The notes under the pieces were generated by a model, which was given only the letters and a program-made list of their open reading frames with translations, did not search any database and was not told where the DNA came from. DNA of 64,000 nucleotides, from the NCBI GenBank assembly GCA_025603075.1, contig MU626297.1:1-64000 (forward strand), read 5' to 3'. Position numbers and translations under genes: made by a program. Below are positions 38,259 to 53,943 of the stretch, piece by piece. The first letter of the stretch is position 1, and every line of letters starts with the position of its first letter. The DNA comes from Neoconidiobolus thromboides FSU 785. Taxonomy: Eukaryota; Fungi; Entomophthoromycota.

Positions 38259-40630
38259 TTATCTCAATGAAATATGGTCAGTATCATAAGCGATGCTATC
38301 TGGTTTTTGAGTGAATTCGTATTCATACTCTATCAAATCCTCAAGTTCTTCTTCATATGAGATCTATAAAATAATTTTAGCCTCAGTTATTTTGTACTAA
38401 ATAGCTTACTATTAATGGGTCATTTAGTGCTTGAGCGGCACTAGGTCTTGCATCTTTCTGAAATTGCAAAAGTGATCTTATAAAATTCTTCATTTTTCCT
38501 GATACACCAGTCCACTTCTCAAGTTCAAATAATTTTGCAACATCGGTCGATACAATAGGTTGACTTTTGGTCTCTAATGTTTATATAAATAAAATGTAAA
38601 AAATAGCAAAAGTAAAATACTATCAAATGGCATTTGAAAAAAAACACCAACAAAAACCATGACTCCTAAACTCCAAATATCACAGGTTTCTGTGTAACTT
38701 CTACAATTCTCAAAGTTGTTTACTTCTGGTGCAGCATAGCTAGCACTACCAACAAGTGAACTAAAGGTTTCCCTTCCATCAGAAAATCTGGCTAATCCAA
38801 AATCAGCCAAAACTATTTTAAAATTGGATTTGTTAACAACTAAAACATTCTAAGTTTAATTTATTAATAAACAAGTAATCAAAATAAATAACTAGATATA
38901 CTTCTGGTTTAATATCTCGATGTATAATCTCGTTTTGATGCAAATACTTTTAAATTATTACTATTGTTGTCTTATAAAGAGGTATAGGGATACCTTTAAA
39001 GCTGAAAGCATTTGATAAGCGATTCTTACTACCTGGACCTCATTAAGGCGGGTTGAAGTAGCAAATAAGTCATATAAATCGCCGTCTGGGTAACTATTGA
39101 GAATAAAAATTATATACTGTAAACCAAATAAGAAACTAGCAAATTACTAATCAAAGATGATGTTAAACTTTTCTTCGTGAATATAATTTTCAACTGAACT
39201 TATGACGAAAGGCTATAAATAAAAGATTAATTATAATATAAATATTGTAGTATTTTTACGTGGGAAATCTTTTTTAATATATCTACTTCTCTTTCAATGT
39301 AAGCTTTATGCTCTGGGTGGACATTAAGCTTTGTTTTATTTATAGATTTTACAGCATACATTATCCCTGTATATCTATGAATAGCAAGTAGCACGTTTGC
39401 ATAATGCCCCCTTTAACAATAAAAAAATGACAATTGTAAATTGAAAAGAATTACTTGCCGATTTCATACTTCATCTCGTATCTTTCTTCGGGCTGATAAA
39501 TTAAATTAATGTTAATGTAGATACAATTTAATCTAGTTTACGCTTCTAAGTTCATGAAGGATGTTTTTTCTTTCATTAGGCTATAACCTTAAATTAATCA
39601 TAAGTATATATATTATATAAATTTCGAAACCTTAGTTAAAGTAGATTTGTAGATGAACCCTATAAATAAATTAAGTAAGTTAGCTAGATTCAATAAAACA
39701 GCTAATAATAAATACATCTGTCATCAAAGAACTTTACACCATGTTCCCATTTTGTCAACTGAATTTCATCGCCATCTTTTAACAAAGTCTTCTTATTTTT
39801 TACTATCCTCTCTCCATTAACATACACTCCATTGTAGCTAAAATAGTTTAACATAACAGTTTGTTTTTAATTTAATACCTGGTGTCCTCAATATATACTT
39901 CATTTTTTTCAAGGCCTTCGAAGTCCACTTTAAGCTATTAAATGTTTAGTTTTTGATAGGTTGTTACTTATAGTTCCTTACATATAAAATGGCGTGGTTT
40001 TTACTAACGTTCTCAACAAGAAAGCTAAATTGATAAGCCAATCCTTTAAAATTTTAAACTATATTACCGATAGTCACAATCACTAGTTCGGCCAAATGTA
40101 ACCATTTCTGTAGGTTCTTTTATAAAAATATCACCAATTTCTGGATTACATGATATCAAATGAGCCCAAATAAGATTTTTTGTTTTTAGATGTCTCTTAT
40201 AATCTATTTTATAATTATAACAGTCGATCTCTCTCATTTGGGAGATATGCTGGGTTGAATCTTGGCTTAAAGAGGGCAAAACTGGGACTTCTTGTTGAAT
40301 TGGCTTCTCTTCAGTTGTTGTTGAGTTTTCTCTTGTTGGGATTGATTCGAGTTCTCCAATTTTATTTTTGTCTAAGAAGTCATCGAGTTCATTTAGTGAA
40401 TCGAGTTTTCTGTAATTAGGTTGAGTAGAGCGATTATATAGTTCTGGGTCCTCTACAATTTTTTTGAGGATTGTTGGATTAGATGAGTAAGGTCTTTCAC
40501 AATCTTTATTTCCGTAGCCTAAACTTGGGTCAATTTCGAATTACAATAAAAACATCGGCTTACGTTTTATGTAAACTCCTGAGATGAAAGAATGATCACT
40601 TTTGTCCTTTTGGTTGTTGATATTTGTCAT
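38259..40630 (-). CDS. FHA-domain Ser/Thr checkpoint kinase (Chk2/Cds1/Dun1-like)
   Basis: SQ/TQ cluster (LSQDSTQHISQ), FHA motifs (TFGRTSDCD, VSKNHA, YNGVYVNG), kinase GKGHYANV, AVK, HRDIKPE, DFG, APE, CDIWSLG. One FHA domain; start codon inferred. Confidence 0.85.
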
Positions 40631-41770
40631 TATTTTTGACTTCAAAGTTGTAAATCAAACTGGAAAAAGGATCGTTTTATTTTATCAACTATTAGAATTT
40701 ATTTAAAGCTAATTTACTTAATTTGGTATACTATGCAGATAATTGACTAATTTTAATTGGTTTTTATAGCTTGTTAACGCTATTTTATTTTCTATCTCAA
40801 TCAATTATGAGGCAATATTTGAAACAGTGAAATAAATCAAATTGATTGGGTTCCAAGTACTGAAATGGTTAATCTGACATAAAAAGTTTATATTCATATT
40901 ATGTATATATCATTAGTTTATTTCAATTATTTTCATTGAACTCATTTTTATTAAAATGTTTTGTTCGCTTTTATCTAACAAAGAACTAAAGTTAATAGTC
41001 TAAAGTTTACATAAAAATATTGGGTATATCTATTGGGTTCCATTAAAAAATATAATTAAGTAGTATCAAAGGTCTAAAGAATACTTATAGTATATATAGC
41101 TAATTTTAAACATATTTGAAGAGGTTTTCTAATTAGGTATTTATTTTAAAGTTCGAATTAGAAAACTTTAATTAAATAGTTAACAGGTCATGTTTATATA
41201 ATAAAAGCAACTAAAAATAGAAATTAGTTTATTTTCAAGTTATAACTAAACTACTGTGTAAAAGTTGTTATAGAGGCTATTAAAGCTCTTAAGTTTTTAA
41301 GTATCAAACGTAAACTAATATGAAAATTACTAAGTTACTCGTTATTATTGCCTATATTTCTAATTAATTTATAAAAATTTATATAATAAAATATTACACT
41401 GTATTTGAATATAGCGAAAAAAGACAACTGTTCTTCATGTAAAATGCAAAGTTAATTGTAAAGTTTATTATAAAAATATTTTATAAAGGTTATTGATATT
41501 TGATCAAAAACTCTATTTCCCTTTTTTACTGCTTTAATTTATATTGTCCCTTAAAGACTTACAAATTATAGCTATCATATAAAAATCGGAATTTCCAAAG
41601 GATAATGGTATTATAACTTATAAAGTAAAATGTTTATATTTTGGTTAAGTGATTTTTTTTGAATTGTGTTGCTAATTCCATTTTTTGCAAACTTTGATCC
41701 TTTGCATAACTATTTGAATATTTCATCTAAAATATTTCTAAGTTCTATCTTTACTCTACCTGTTTTTAAA

Positions 41771-42149
41771 ATGAGTACAATAATAAGCGCTACTAGAAAA
41801 GCAGCATTACAGCAAGTGATAGCCAAAGTGTTTGGTCACCATCAAGTAGGAGAAAAGAGTATAAGGACAGCACGTAAATTTTTGACTCCATTAAAAGGGC
41901 CCGAACTTTTAAGTTATTATCCAGAACAATTTAACATTGTTTCTTTCATTAAAGAAAATCCTGACTTAAACCTTGATAAACGTACTGCTGATGAAGATTA
42001 TAGACTTGAAATTTTAGAGTCCCGTAAGAAGCGTGGTAAAGGAGCTCCTAAAAAAGGTACTTTAAAAAATGGGTTTATTTTTATTTTCATTTATGGCTTA
42101 CTTTTTATTCTTAGGACAAGGGCGTCGTTCTACTATCAAGAAGAAATAA
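41771..42149 (+). CDS. RSM27: Mitochondrial small-subunit ribosomal protein mS33
   Basis: KVFGH..RTARKFL.PLKGPELLSYYP..EDYRLEILESRKKRGKGAPKKG|QGRRSTIKKK*. Confidence 0.88.
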
Positions 42150-42458
42150 ACAAAGGAATAGATCTAGACAAAAATATTTTAAATTTGTTATATTTCTAGC
42201 TTATTTAAAATAAGTTAAAACATATCTTTTTTTGATTGATGTTATTTACATTAAATGAGATGAGTGAAATTATTTTGTTTAATATGTATTAATGTAGGTA
42301 TTATAGTAAGTACTATGTATAGTAGAAACCAAATTTCTATTTTTTTATGCATAAAATTTATACAATTTAATCTAATATTTAAATCGATTTTATTATTATT
42401 TTATTTAGTTCATAAATTAGAGGTAGTATTGACTATTTATAGTCTAATTGAGTTAGTA

Positions 42459-42560
42459 TATGGAGCATTTTTTTTTATTTCATCACTTTCTGTTTTTGAA
42501 GCGTTACTTGAGTGGAAAAACTGATGGTGAGATTGTTGAGCAAAAAAATATATCACCATA
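42459..42560 (+). mobile_element. MITE-like repeat, copy 6
   Basis: TATGGAGCATTTT...ACTTGAGTGGAAAAACTG...AAAAATATATCACCATA. Confidence 0.65.
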
Positions 42561-42776
42561 TAAAGGCAGTAACTAAAGCAAGGGATTTGTTTGTTTATTG
42601 AGTGCAATCATTATTAGTATCAATTATCACAATTATTTATTCGATATTAATAGCTATTATGAAATATAACAGTAAAGGTATGAACCTATTTCATTGTTTT
42701 TAGTTATCTGTTATTATTTTATTTGATAGTGCAAAAATGCTTTAAATTGATAGATATTAAACATATATTAAATAGA

Positions 42777-44827
<2,051 letters not shown>

Positions 44828-45553
44828 TTTGATATCTCTTTATTTAAAGTTTTGTTTCTATTGTATATATACTTTGTTCTAGTGATTGGCTGATAAACTA
44901 CCTGTAAGTTATTTCCTTTTTTGGTTTTGGCGGCAGCCGTCCTTTTTGATTGGACTTTATTATAATCAGCTCAATGCTTTTTCGCCAGATTAATCACCTT
45001 TCATTCGTTTCATCAAATAAATGCTAAAAATAAAGACTTTACTAATAATAATATTACTATATTAGTCATGTAGTTATTGTGCTCTTAACAATGTATTCAT
45101 TAGCTTCATAGTGTATTGTATATAAGTATTATGTATAGCAGTACTGGTTTTGTTAGCACTTTAATTGATATCGCTTTCATTAAAAGTTCATGTAAAAGTA
45201 TCTTTTATAAGCTAATACTTATAATATATTATATATCATATTATTCTCAATAAAATTTGTTTTTAAATATTTAGTAAATCAATTTATTGTTTTAAACATG
45301 TTTTGTTTGGTATAGCTTATTGAAGGCATTCATTTTTTTAGCTATAACATTTCATTGTCTTTAAATCTAAGCATAACCATAATACTGACGTTAATTATTT
45401 TATTATTCAAAATAAGAACTATTTGGTTTAATGTTTCTGGGTATACAAACTGTTTAATTATGTCATGAAATAAATCATTGGATCAAAGCTATAACCACAA
45501 AATAGAGCTATAAAAGCAAAAAAAAGAAGTGAAAATAGCAAACTAAACTTAAA

Positions 45554-46444
45554 ATGGAAGAGTTAAGATATGGTATGATATTGATTAAAGCTTGTTAGAT
45601 ATATTATTAATTTATACAGATTTAGTACAACGCTTATTGAAAGGGAATACTGAATGGGCTGCTCGAAAAGCACAAGAAGAGCCCGACTTATTTGAAAAAT
45701 TAAGCAGCGGGCAACAACCAAAAGTTCTTTTTATTGGTATATAGATATAATATGTATAAAATATATATTAAAGCATGTTAATTTAGGTTGCTCAGATTCT
45801 AGAGTCCCAGCTTCTGAAATTTTTGGTGCAAGTAAATTAAATAAAAAACGTTTGTTTATTTTTTAATCATTCTTTTCAAGAACCTGGAGAACTTTTCGTA
45901 TTAAGGAATATTGCAAATGTTATTAGCCCTGGAGATCTTAGCGCACTTTGTGTTATTCAGTATTCGGTTGAGGTATTGAAGGTGGAGCATATTTTCGTTT
46001 GCGGTCATCGTCAATGTGGAGGTGTTTTAGCTTCATTATCAGATAAAAGATTAGGTCTCATTGATTCTTGGTTACAATGCATTCGTGAAGTACAAGATGG
46101 TGATTATAATATAATTCTATTTGATTTTATTTAACTTTACTTTTTATTAGCCAACCGTGAAGAGTTGTTAGGTAGTTTTTTTTACTTAGTATTCCTTTTT
46201 TCATGTTAAACATTCTTTAGCTATCGATGATGAAGAAGCTAAAATCAATAAAATTATTGAATTGAACGTTCAAAGATCAATGCGAAAGGTAGCCCTCACT
46301 AGTTTTGTCCAAGACGCTTGGAAACAGGGTAGAAATCTCAGTATCCATGGCTTTGTTTACGATCTTAAGGACGGTATTGTCAAAGAGCTTGGATTTGAAC
46401 TTTCATCTCAAGAACAATGCCATAATTTTAAATATCAAGTTTGA
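45554..46444 (+). CDS. NCE103: Beta-class carbonic anhydrase
   Basis: [10 protein letters not shown]|[43 protein letters not shown]. Zinc ligands Cys, Asp, His, Cys are present. Confidence 0.95.
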
Positions 46445-47083
46445 AATTAAATTGGTTTTAAGCAACTTTTTTTAATATTTGGTATGTTAAAGCTTAAAAG
46501 CTTATTATTTTTAATTGTTATGTAGAATTTAAAGTTAACTGAAGTTATTTATATGAGTTATATTGTATTAGGTTTATGATGTGTTAAGCCCAAAACTTCG
46601 GTATTTTTATTTTAGTCAAATAAAATTATTTATACTATTATTACAACAAATTTCATGTCATTAACTAAAGTATAAAAAAGCAAGTAAAAAGTATTTATGT
46701 ATTTGATATAATGGTAGTTACTACAGTTTTTTTATAGACATAAAGTTTCAATTGTATCTAATTTGTTAAAATCTATCTAAAATTACCATTGTTTTTTAAT
46801 ATAATCAATAGCTGTATGGTTGAATTTGATATGCTTTTGTAAATATCTAACTTATTGATTGTTTTTATAGTCCTATAAGTATGGATACAGAAAGTATATG
46901 ATAATTAATTAAGACATTAAAGCAATTTGATTGATTTACAATAAATAGGATAGGTACCTAAGTTGGATAAATTGAATGAAAATTAAATTACAAATTAATA
47001 CAACTAAATTATAATTCTTACATTCTATATAAATTATTAAATCAAAAATAAACTTATTTGCTTTACTTTATAATTAAAATATA

Positions 47084-47539
47084 TTAAACGCTATAACCGA
47101 CTAAACTCATGCGACCAATTATTTCTCCAACCAAGAAGAACCCATAAATTTGAGTTCCGTAATAAGCTGCGGTATAAACGTGAGTCATAGAAAGATTTCT
47201 AATATACTCTGGAGTAGCAATGTTCTTTAATTGTTCCTTAGCTTGTTGTAATTGCTGGCTAGTTGGTGGTGCCATATGCTCTCTTTTATAAACTTCTTTA
47301 GCTACTTCAATACCAACTTTGGAGTTATATACGGCTTTATCAAATAAACCTATAATATATAAATTTAGATTCTTTTTGTTTAATTACTTTCACTTACTTG
47401 AAACTTTTGGAGATGCTGAGTTTAATTGTTGGGAAGTTTGAGATACAGCCTTATTGGCTACTTTAGTACCGGCCTCAACAGCCTTTTTAGCGACATCTAA
47501 AGATTTATTAAGTACTTTGGAGAAAGAATTAGATGACAT
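47084..47539 (-). CDS. ATP20: Mitochondrial ATP synthase subunit g
   Basis: AVYNSKVGIEVAKEVYKREHMAPP; C-terminal GFFLVGEIIGRMSLVGYSV (GxxxG-type family motif). Confidence 0.92.
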
Positions 47540-48238
47540 TTTGAATTTCTTTAAATCAAGCTGAGATAGTGTTTTTTTTCAAAGTTGAGAAATTTACTTA
47601 AATTGGATTGATTAAAGCAGTAATTGTTATGGGATTTTTTGATAAATTTATTAAAAGGTTAAATTAATCAAATATAAAGAAAAGACATATTTAATGTAAT
47701 TATATAATATAATAATAAAATCTGTTAAGTTTTGATTTAATTAATGGATATCTAAAGTTTTAATATATATTATAATTTATTTTAAAAAGGGACTATGATA
47801 GACTTAATTTAGTTCTTTAATAAAATACAATAATTCCAAATAGGATGGTTTTCTTGTAAGGGTTACAGTTGTTTACTTTATTAACCTATCTAAGAATAAA
47901 GAAAGTGGGGATAACATCCAACTTTAGTTTATTTAAAATTTATTTCTAGATGGTTTCCGAGAATCAGCTTGTTTTTAAAAAGCTTAAATCATAATTGGTT
48001 TAATAAAACACTTGGTTCATTTAGTTATTATATAACTTGAGTTTTGTAAAACATGAAAAGAAGTAAAGAGAACCTAATAATTAGATCTGGAAAGGGCTAA
48101 AAAGGGTACATGTATATTTACTTAATTTATATGTAAAAAATGTTTTGTAACACATAACAAAAAATAACTCTCTTTTTATTTTTATATATAAGTATTAATT
48201 TATATAATGTATGGTTTGTCTATAGAAAATATAATTAG

Positions 48239-48979
48239 TTACATAAGAGTATCTTCTTGACGAAGATATTCTCCACAATCTGCTTGATGATAGGCAATGA
48301 TGGCAGTAGGTTCCAATTTTTTCATATCATTACTAGAACGTGCGGTTACACCAAATCCCTAAAAAAAACTTTAGTATGTAGATTAACTGGAGTAGACATC
48401 TATGTTACTAGTGGTGAATCGGACATTGAAAGAAACACAATGCCTTGATGCTCTGGGACATCCTCAGAGATACGACCTAAATGGGCTTTAACCACGTTAT
48501 TACCATATAAAAATGGCATCTCTCCATTAGGTTTAATCCACATTTTATACTAATGAGTGTTTTTAATAATACTTTTTAATAATCCAAGTTAGTTACCATT
48601 GCGTGTTGTGCAATATAGTCTAAAGCGGTGATATGTAGTTTAAATTTTAAAGTTTTGGTAAATTTTCCAAAGCATACGCCTAAGGACATCAGTTGATCCC
48701 TTCCTACACTAGTTGCTTTTCTCATTATAGATTCACTATTTGTAAATCATCAAATAAACTTTAATTTTTACTTAATTTTCTTACCTAACATAATAAACTC
48801 TGTTGTCATGTAATCTAAAGCAATATAACTCGTCTGGACGATCAATAAGGTGGACTATATTTGGGCCAATACTAGATTTCATAAACTAAGTTAATTCAAC
48901 CTTTATATACAACTTTTGATTACTATTTGCTTAATTTTTCGAAAAATATCTTGGTTTCTTCTTCAGTCAAAGGTCTCAT
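48239..48979 (-). CDS. NIP7: 60S ribosome biogenesis protein Nip7
   Basis: [18 protein letters not shown]|[70 protein letters not shown]. Not in the ORF track. Confidence 0.96.
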
Positions 48980-49372
48980 TTTATTTTAAAAAAGAAATTT
49001 GCTTTTTCAACAATTTAATCTTAAGTTGCATGAATTTTGGTATAAAAAATTTAAACTATTGAGTGAATATTAAAAATAAGAATAAGTTAAAAATTAAGTA
49101 TACAATAATAGCACAAAAAAGTGTTTAAGATTTATAGTTTTCGTGTTTTTATTATAGTAAAAGAAGCTAATATATGTATTTTTAAATTAAGTTTATGGAT
49201 TACCATGATATTTCCAAGTAAAATACTATTGATGTTAAATCACATGCAAATCATTATCAGGACCATTCCAATAATAAAAATTCGTTTTTACAACATATTT
49301 ACCAATCTTCTATCATTCATATTGGAAGTAGAATATAATGAATTTGAACTTTAAAGGATATACAGCTAAAAG

Positions 49373-50827
49373 TTAAAGATAGATCCGTCTTAATTCTGAA
49401 GGGAAGGTGATACGCTGACATTGTGGACATAGTTTTTTAACTGCTAAACTCTGGAGCCAACAGGTTTCACAGTGCACATGCCAGCAACCGGTGGAAACTA
49501 AAGGTATTTGATAAGAATCTTGACATATTAGACAAGACACGTTATTGTTTGTTTGTTGACTTTGATTTTGTAAGGAATATATCTTTTGCTTTAAAGATTC
49601 AATTATCATTTTTTGACTATTTAATCTATTTTGAACATTTCCTGGCTTAATTTTTTGTTCTGCTTCCTTTTCATTCGTCTTAGGTTCATCAATGGTATCT
49701 TCATAAGTGACAGTTGCTTCGTTTTCATTGTCGCTTTTGGATTTCTTGCCTTTCTTAGCTATTTTATTTAAATCTTCTTCTGTAAACTGCGCTTCGCCAT
49801 ATTGTACTTCTTCTACCATGTCTATATCCAAGTCATCATCAATATCTACACTTTTTTTGACTGTAGTAAAACTCCCTCCACCTAAAGCGCCTTCTAAAAA
49901 TGTGGATGCCCTTACACGTGTCTGTCCTGCCCAAGTATACTCTTCGTATGTGTCGTTAAAAATCTAGTAAATTAGTTATATTTTTATTAAAGTATAGTAA
50001 TAAATACTTGAAAGTCATCCTCTTGTGCTTGTGCTTGTGCTTGTAATAATGCCTTTAAACTGTTATTTATGTTAAACGTTTAGTTAAATAATTTTATACC
50101 TCATAGTGATTTATCATACACTCTTCTATATGTTTATTGAAAGTATTAGCATCACCTTTTATTTTTTTTGAACATAAATAACACTCGTTTGCTCCTTGAT
50201 TGTCTTTTTTCTTAGTCAGGTCTTCTTTTACCAAAGCTATTGTTTATTAGTATATTTCTGCTTCGAATTATTCATCTATACCTTTCTTTTTCCTTCCTCT
50301 TTTATTTCCTTTCTTTATAAAAAATAAAAGCGTATCAAACTGATAATATAATTTATACCTTCGGTGCCTCTATAGGTTTATTTACAACAGCTTTAAATCA
50401 ACTAATTAACATGGTTTATATTACTCAATATTAAAGTACCTTTCCTTGGCCTTCCTCTTCTCTTCACCTTTAATTGAATCTTAGATCAAGGTAGAAATAA
50501 AATACTTCTTAACTTACTTCTCCTCCTGTTAAATCTACTGTCGGGGTAGTTTTTGTTCTAATTCTTCTTTGGCTCCTTTTTTTCCTATCTTATTTAGTAT
50601 ATTGAAACATGGAATATTATTTTTACATTGGACTTTTTATCCCTAAATTTTTCAACTCTTTTCTACAGGTGGATTTGTGACTCTTTGTAACAACTAATAG
50701 AAAAATATCAATCACAAGTTTTAAAATATTTTGACCGTTTCTAGTCGCAATTGTATTTGATCATTTATGTAGAAAAGTTGTAAGCTATACCTTGTTCAGT
50801 TTTTGATTGTTCAACCTTCGGTTCCAT
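49373..50827 (-). CDS. RNF220-like RING E3 ubiquitin ligase with basic, AT-hook-like (RRGRPRK) N-terminus
   Basis: YEWAGQTRVRASTFLEG and C-terminal CLICQDSYQIPLVSTGCWHVHCETCWLQSLAVKKLCPQCQRITFPSELRRIYL closely match RNF220 motifs. The 5' end is uncertain. Confidence 0.8.
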
Positions 50828-51210
50828 TTCTAACACTAGATCTTGCTCTGAAAACTTTATTTAAATTGCTAAAGTTGCTATAAAAATAAAAATAAAATAA
50901 TTGTTTTCAATAAAGCAATATTTTATGTTGTAAAAATAATGCAAAACGGGATGGTTGCTTTGAATAAAGTTTTATTCATATACTTATCATTTCTTAATTT
51001 TCAAACTTTTTTAAATCTTTAATGGGTTTTATAGCAGACAAAATTCTAGCAAATAAACTTGGACTTAGCACATATTCTATAAACAGAGAAAGTTATTAGT
51101 TTTATTAAAAGTTATAATGTCAATGTTTAATACTATAATAGATAGTGTTTTTTAAATAATATTAATTTTAAAGTGTATTGAAACTCTATTTTATTATCCA
51201 AATAAACGAT

Positions 51211-52207
51211 TTAAGGTTTGTCTTTCATATCATCCATATTTCCTTTGGTAATAATTTCTGAACTTATATCATCTTCCAACAATTGTTCTTCTAATTTTGA
51301 AGCTAACTCTTCTAAATACTCTTGTCTATCTAAAAGAGAGGGATCGTTTTCTATCAAAGCTTGCAACTTTGATAAAGGATCTATAGCGTTATTCCAAAGT
51401 TTCTCTAATTGATATTTTTCCCTTGAAGCTTCAGTCATAAAATGAATAACGAATCTACCTGCGTCTAAAACTACCCAATCATCTTTATCACTTCCTTCTA
51501 AGCTTAGTAGCTCAGGCACAGTTTTATCAAAAGGTTGGCATGCTTTTACCTAAAAGTAGTGTCACTATGAGATAAAATAAAATAAAATTTAACTTTACAA
51601 ATAATCGAGTTCTATCACTAAGAGAATTTAAATGCCTTAATGAAAAACCTTGAGCAATAATCATGTATTCTGTCCAGCTACATTTGTCTCTCATATCAAT
51701 TATACCGATATCTTTAACCCCTAAATAAGTTAAAAACTCTTTAAATAACTCAGTTGTTAACACGCTTGGTTTCATGCTTGCTGCTTTATCTTCATCGATT
51801 TTTATTATTTGCTCATCTATGTTTTCTATGATTTCTATTTCCTCATTTATGCTTTCAAATTCTTCCTTTAAAAACCAATCACTGTCAGTCTCTACTTTAT
51901 TAAAGTCTATAGGCTCAAGATCTTTATCCTTATCACTCACAACTGGTTTATCTTCATTATTTAACCCTTTCTCAAGGTCCTTGGTATTATCACTTTCCTT
52001 GAAATTCCCGATTTCTTGCTTCGAGTTTAAATCTTTTAATAGCAAATCTTCTTGTGGTTCATCTTTTATAATGCTATCGTTTACTTCAATTTCTTTTTTA
52101 TAAGATTCAAAATATAGCCTGTTAACCGTAAAGTACCTTCTATTAACTCTAACTTTTAATAAATTCTGGTTGAATCGTCTACAAGTATTAAATAATATGT
52201 TACGCAT
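51211..52207 (-). CDS. Mitochondrial RsfS/Iojap-family protein (MALSU1 or Atp25 N-domain like)
   Basis: Presequence-like N-terminus; VKDIGIIDMRDKCSWTEYMIIAQG.S.RHL; DDWVVLDAGRFVIHFMTEASREKYQLEKLW. Confidence 0.85.
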
Positions 52208-53019
52208 TATAAATAATTAAAAACAAATATTTTTGATTTTATTAAAAATTATATAAAAGAAAAATCTAAGTTTACAGAATAATGCTTATATCAAGCTTAA
52301 AATAGAGCATAATTTCTACTGAAAAGTATTAGTTAAAATATAGTTTTGTTTAGTGTAAAAGTGGATAGAAAATAATAATATGATAACATAGTTTTTATAA
52401 AAATTACTACCTACTTGAAAGAGTTGTTAATAAAAGTTATCTGAGCTATAATTATTAGCTGGTTTTTACTTTTATAAAATATTTAATTAATATTAAAATT
52501 TTCGATTTTTTAAATTCCCATTCTCATATTTTGGAGAAAAATATGAAAATTCCAAAAGTCTTAAATAGGATGATTTTTACTGTTTACAAAAACAAAGGAA
52601 TTAAAACAATAGCTGACCTGTTCGTAATGACAGTACAGATTTATCTATAAACTGGCGTTTATCTATTGTATTTATTAGTGCCATAAATTCTGATTAATTC
52701 AAATTTTAAATATAAAAATCAAATCAAAAGTATAACTATTCTTAAAGTTAAATTTTTTCGGGTTTCAATTTTAAAATAATTATATCAAAGTGTTGTCTTT
52801 GAAATATAAGGAAAATAATACAACTTTTAGTCATCAAATAGATTATGTAAGATAATAGTACATAAGAAAAAATAATGGGGGGGATATTAAGGTATGCGTT
52901 AAATATGGAGTTAGAATTTGAAAAAAAGATACCATACGAATATTGGTTAGTTTACAAAACCTTAATTACCGCAGATTTACAAATTAAGTTAAAATACTTT
53001 GGATAATAATTCAAAGTAA

Positions 53020-53943
53020 TTAACTTTTATTCAAAAATAATCCCTTGAGGGTGTAATAAACACCTTCTTGGAGCATAAGTACAAATAGGGGATTAAGTAA
53101 TGGTATTAGTGATCTTAGAACTGTGCAGACTAAATCAAGGGCTGGAGTAAGTTTTAGATTAAAGGCTACATAAAGTATCAATGATATGAGATCTGGTATA
53201 ACCGCTAATGTGTATCCTATCAATAATAGTATAGCTTTAAAAAAGAATATATAAACTTTCTTTTTAACTGAATTATTAAAGTGCTTTTGTAGAACATCTG
53301 AATCAATTGACCTTCTATATAGTGAATTTAATGTTGTTTTATACCGAAAAAGGACGATCCCGATATAACTAAAATAAGTAACCATGATAAAAATAGCATA
53401 CTTTGCCAAAAGCACACTGTTATATACATCAATAAATATTTTTGCCATCTTTCCTTCAACCACCCTCCTTGGTCTACAATAATTATCATTCAGCATAACC
53501 TTTGGGATCGAAATGGCAAAGTCACCTATTAGCATTCCCAAATTGAATAAAAATATAGCAACTGTAGATAAAATTATAATTAAGTAGGATATCTTAATTT
53601 TCTTAACAACTGAAAGATACCTTATCAGAGCTAAAATCGATAAAAATGTAACTGTATTGGAAGAAAAAAATTCACTAATAACACTATTAAACCAGCAAAG
53701 TACACTCCCATCAGTCAAAAGAGGATTGTCTGATATCCAAATGGCGATTTGTGAAATAAAATAAAATAAAGATATCACAAGGTCAACCAACGAAATTAAC
53801 AATGTAATTATAATGTCGACATTTGCCGTAGGATCAAGTTTGAATGCAACTATTGTTACTAATAAATTGAGGATTGTTGAAACTCCAGCGATAACGAATA
53901 TGATACTAGATGCCAAATTTCCTTCCAAGTGATTACTAAACAT
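53020..53943 (-). CDS. Intronless 7-transmembrane receptor, rhodopsin/class-A-like
   Basis: Seven hydrophobic segments; TM1 Asn (ILNLLV), TM2 LVDL, TM3 Cys (VLCWF), LALIRY (DRY-like), ECL2 NYC, TM7 LLNPL. Confidence 0.75.
   Translation of the reverse strand: MFSNHLEGNLASSIIFVIAGVSTILNLLVTIVAFKLDPTANVDIIITLLISLVDLVISLFYFISQIAIWISDNPLLTDGSVLCWFNSVISEFFSSNTVTFLSILALIRYLSVVKKIKISYLIIILSTVAIFLFNLGMLIGDFAISIPKVMLNDNYCRPRRVVEGKMAKIFIDVYNSVLLAKYAIFIMVTYFSYIGIVLFRYKTTLNSLYRRSIDSDVLQKHFNNSVKKKVYIFFFKAILLLIGYTLAVIPDLISLILYVAFNLKLTPALDLVCTVLRSLIPLLNPLFVLMLQEGVYYTLKGLFLNKS

Noticed and set aside
38947-38993. Kinase intron with donor GTATCCCT resembling a U12-type 5' splice site (GTATCCTT)
   Set aside because: One mismatch in the core, and no TCCTTAAC-like branch point 10-20 nt before the acceptor in this 47-nt intron; more likely an ordinary U2 intron.
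44885-44990. CCAAT and E2F-like (TTTTGGCGG) motifs upstream of GCN5; also TGACGTCA at 36066 and ACGCGT at 26551
   Set aside because: Short motifs expected by chance in 64 kb (TTTTGGCGG also occurs inside the GCN5 coding region); no conservation data.
50694-50790. Possible 5-nt micro-exon (AAACG) inside the 97-nt first intron of the RNF220-like gene
   Set aside because: Including it puts the next exon in a frame with an early stop codon, whereas the single intron keeps the frame open.
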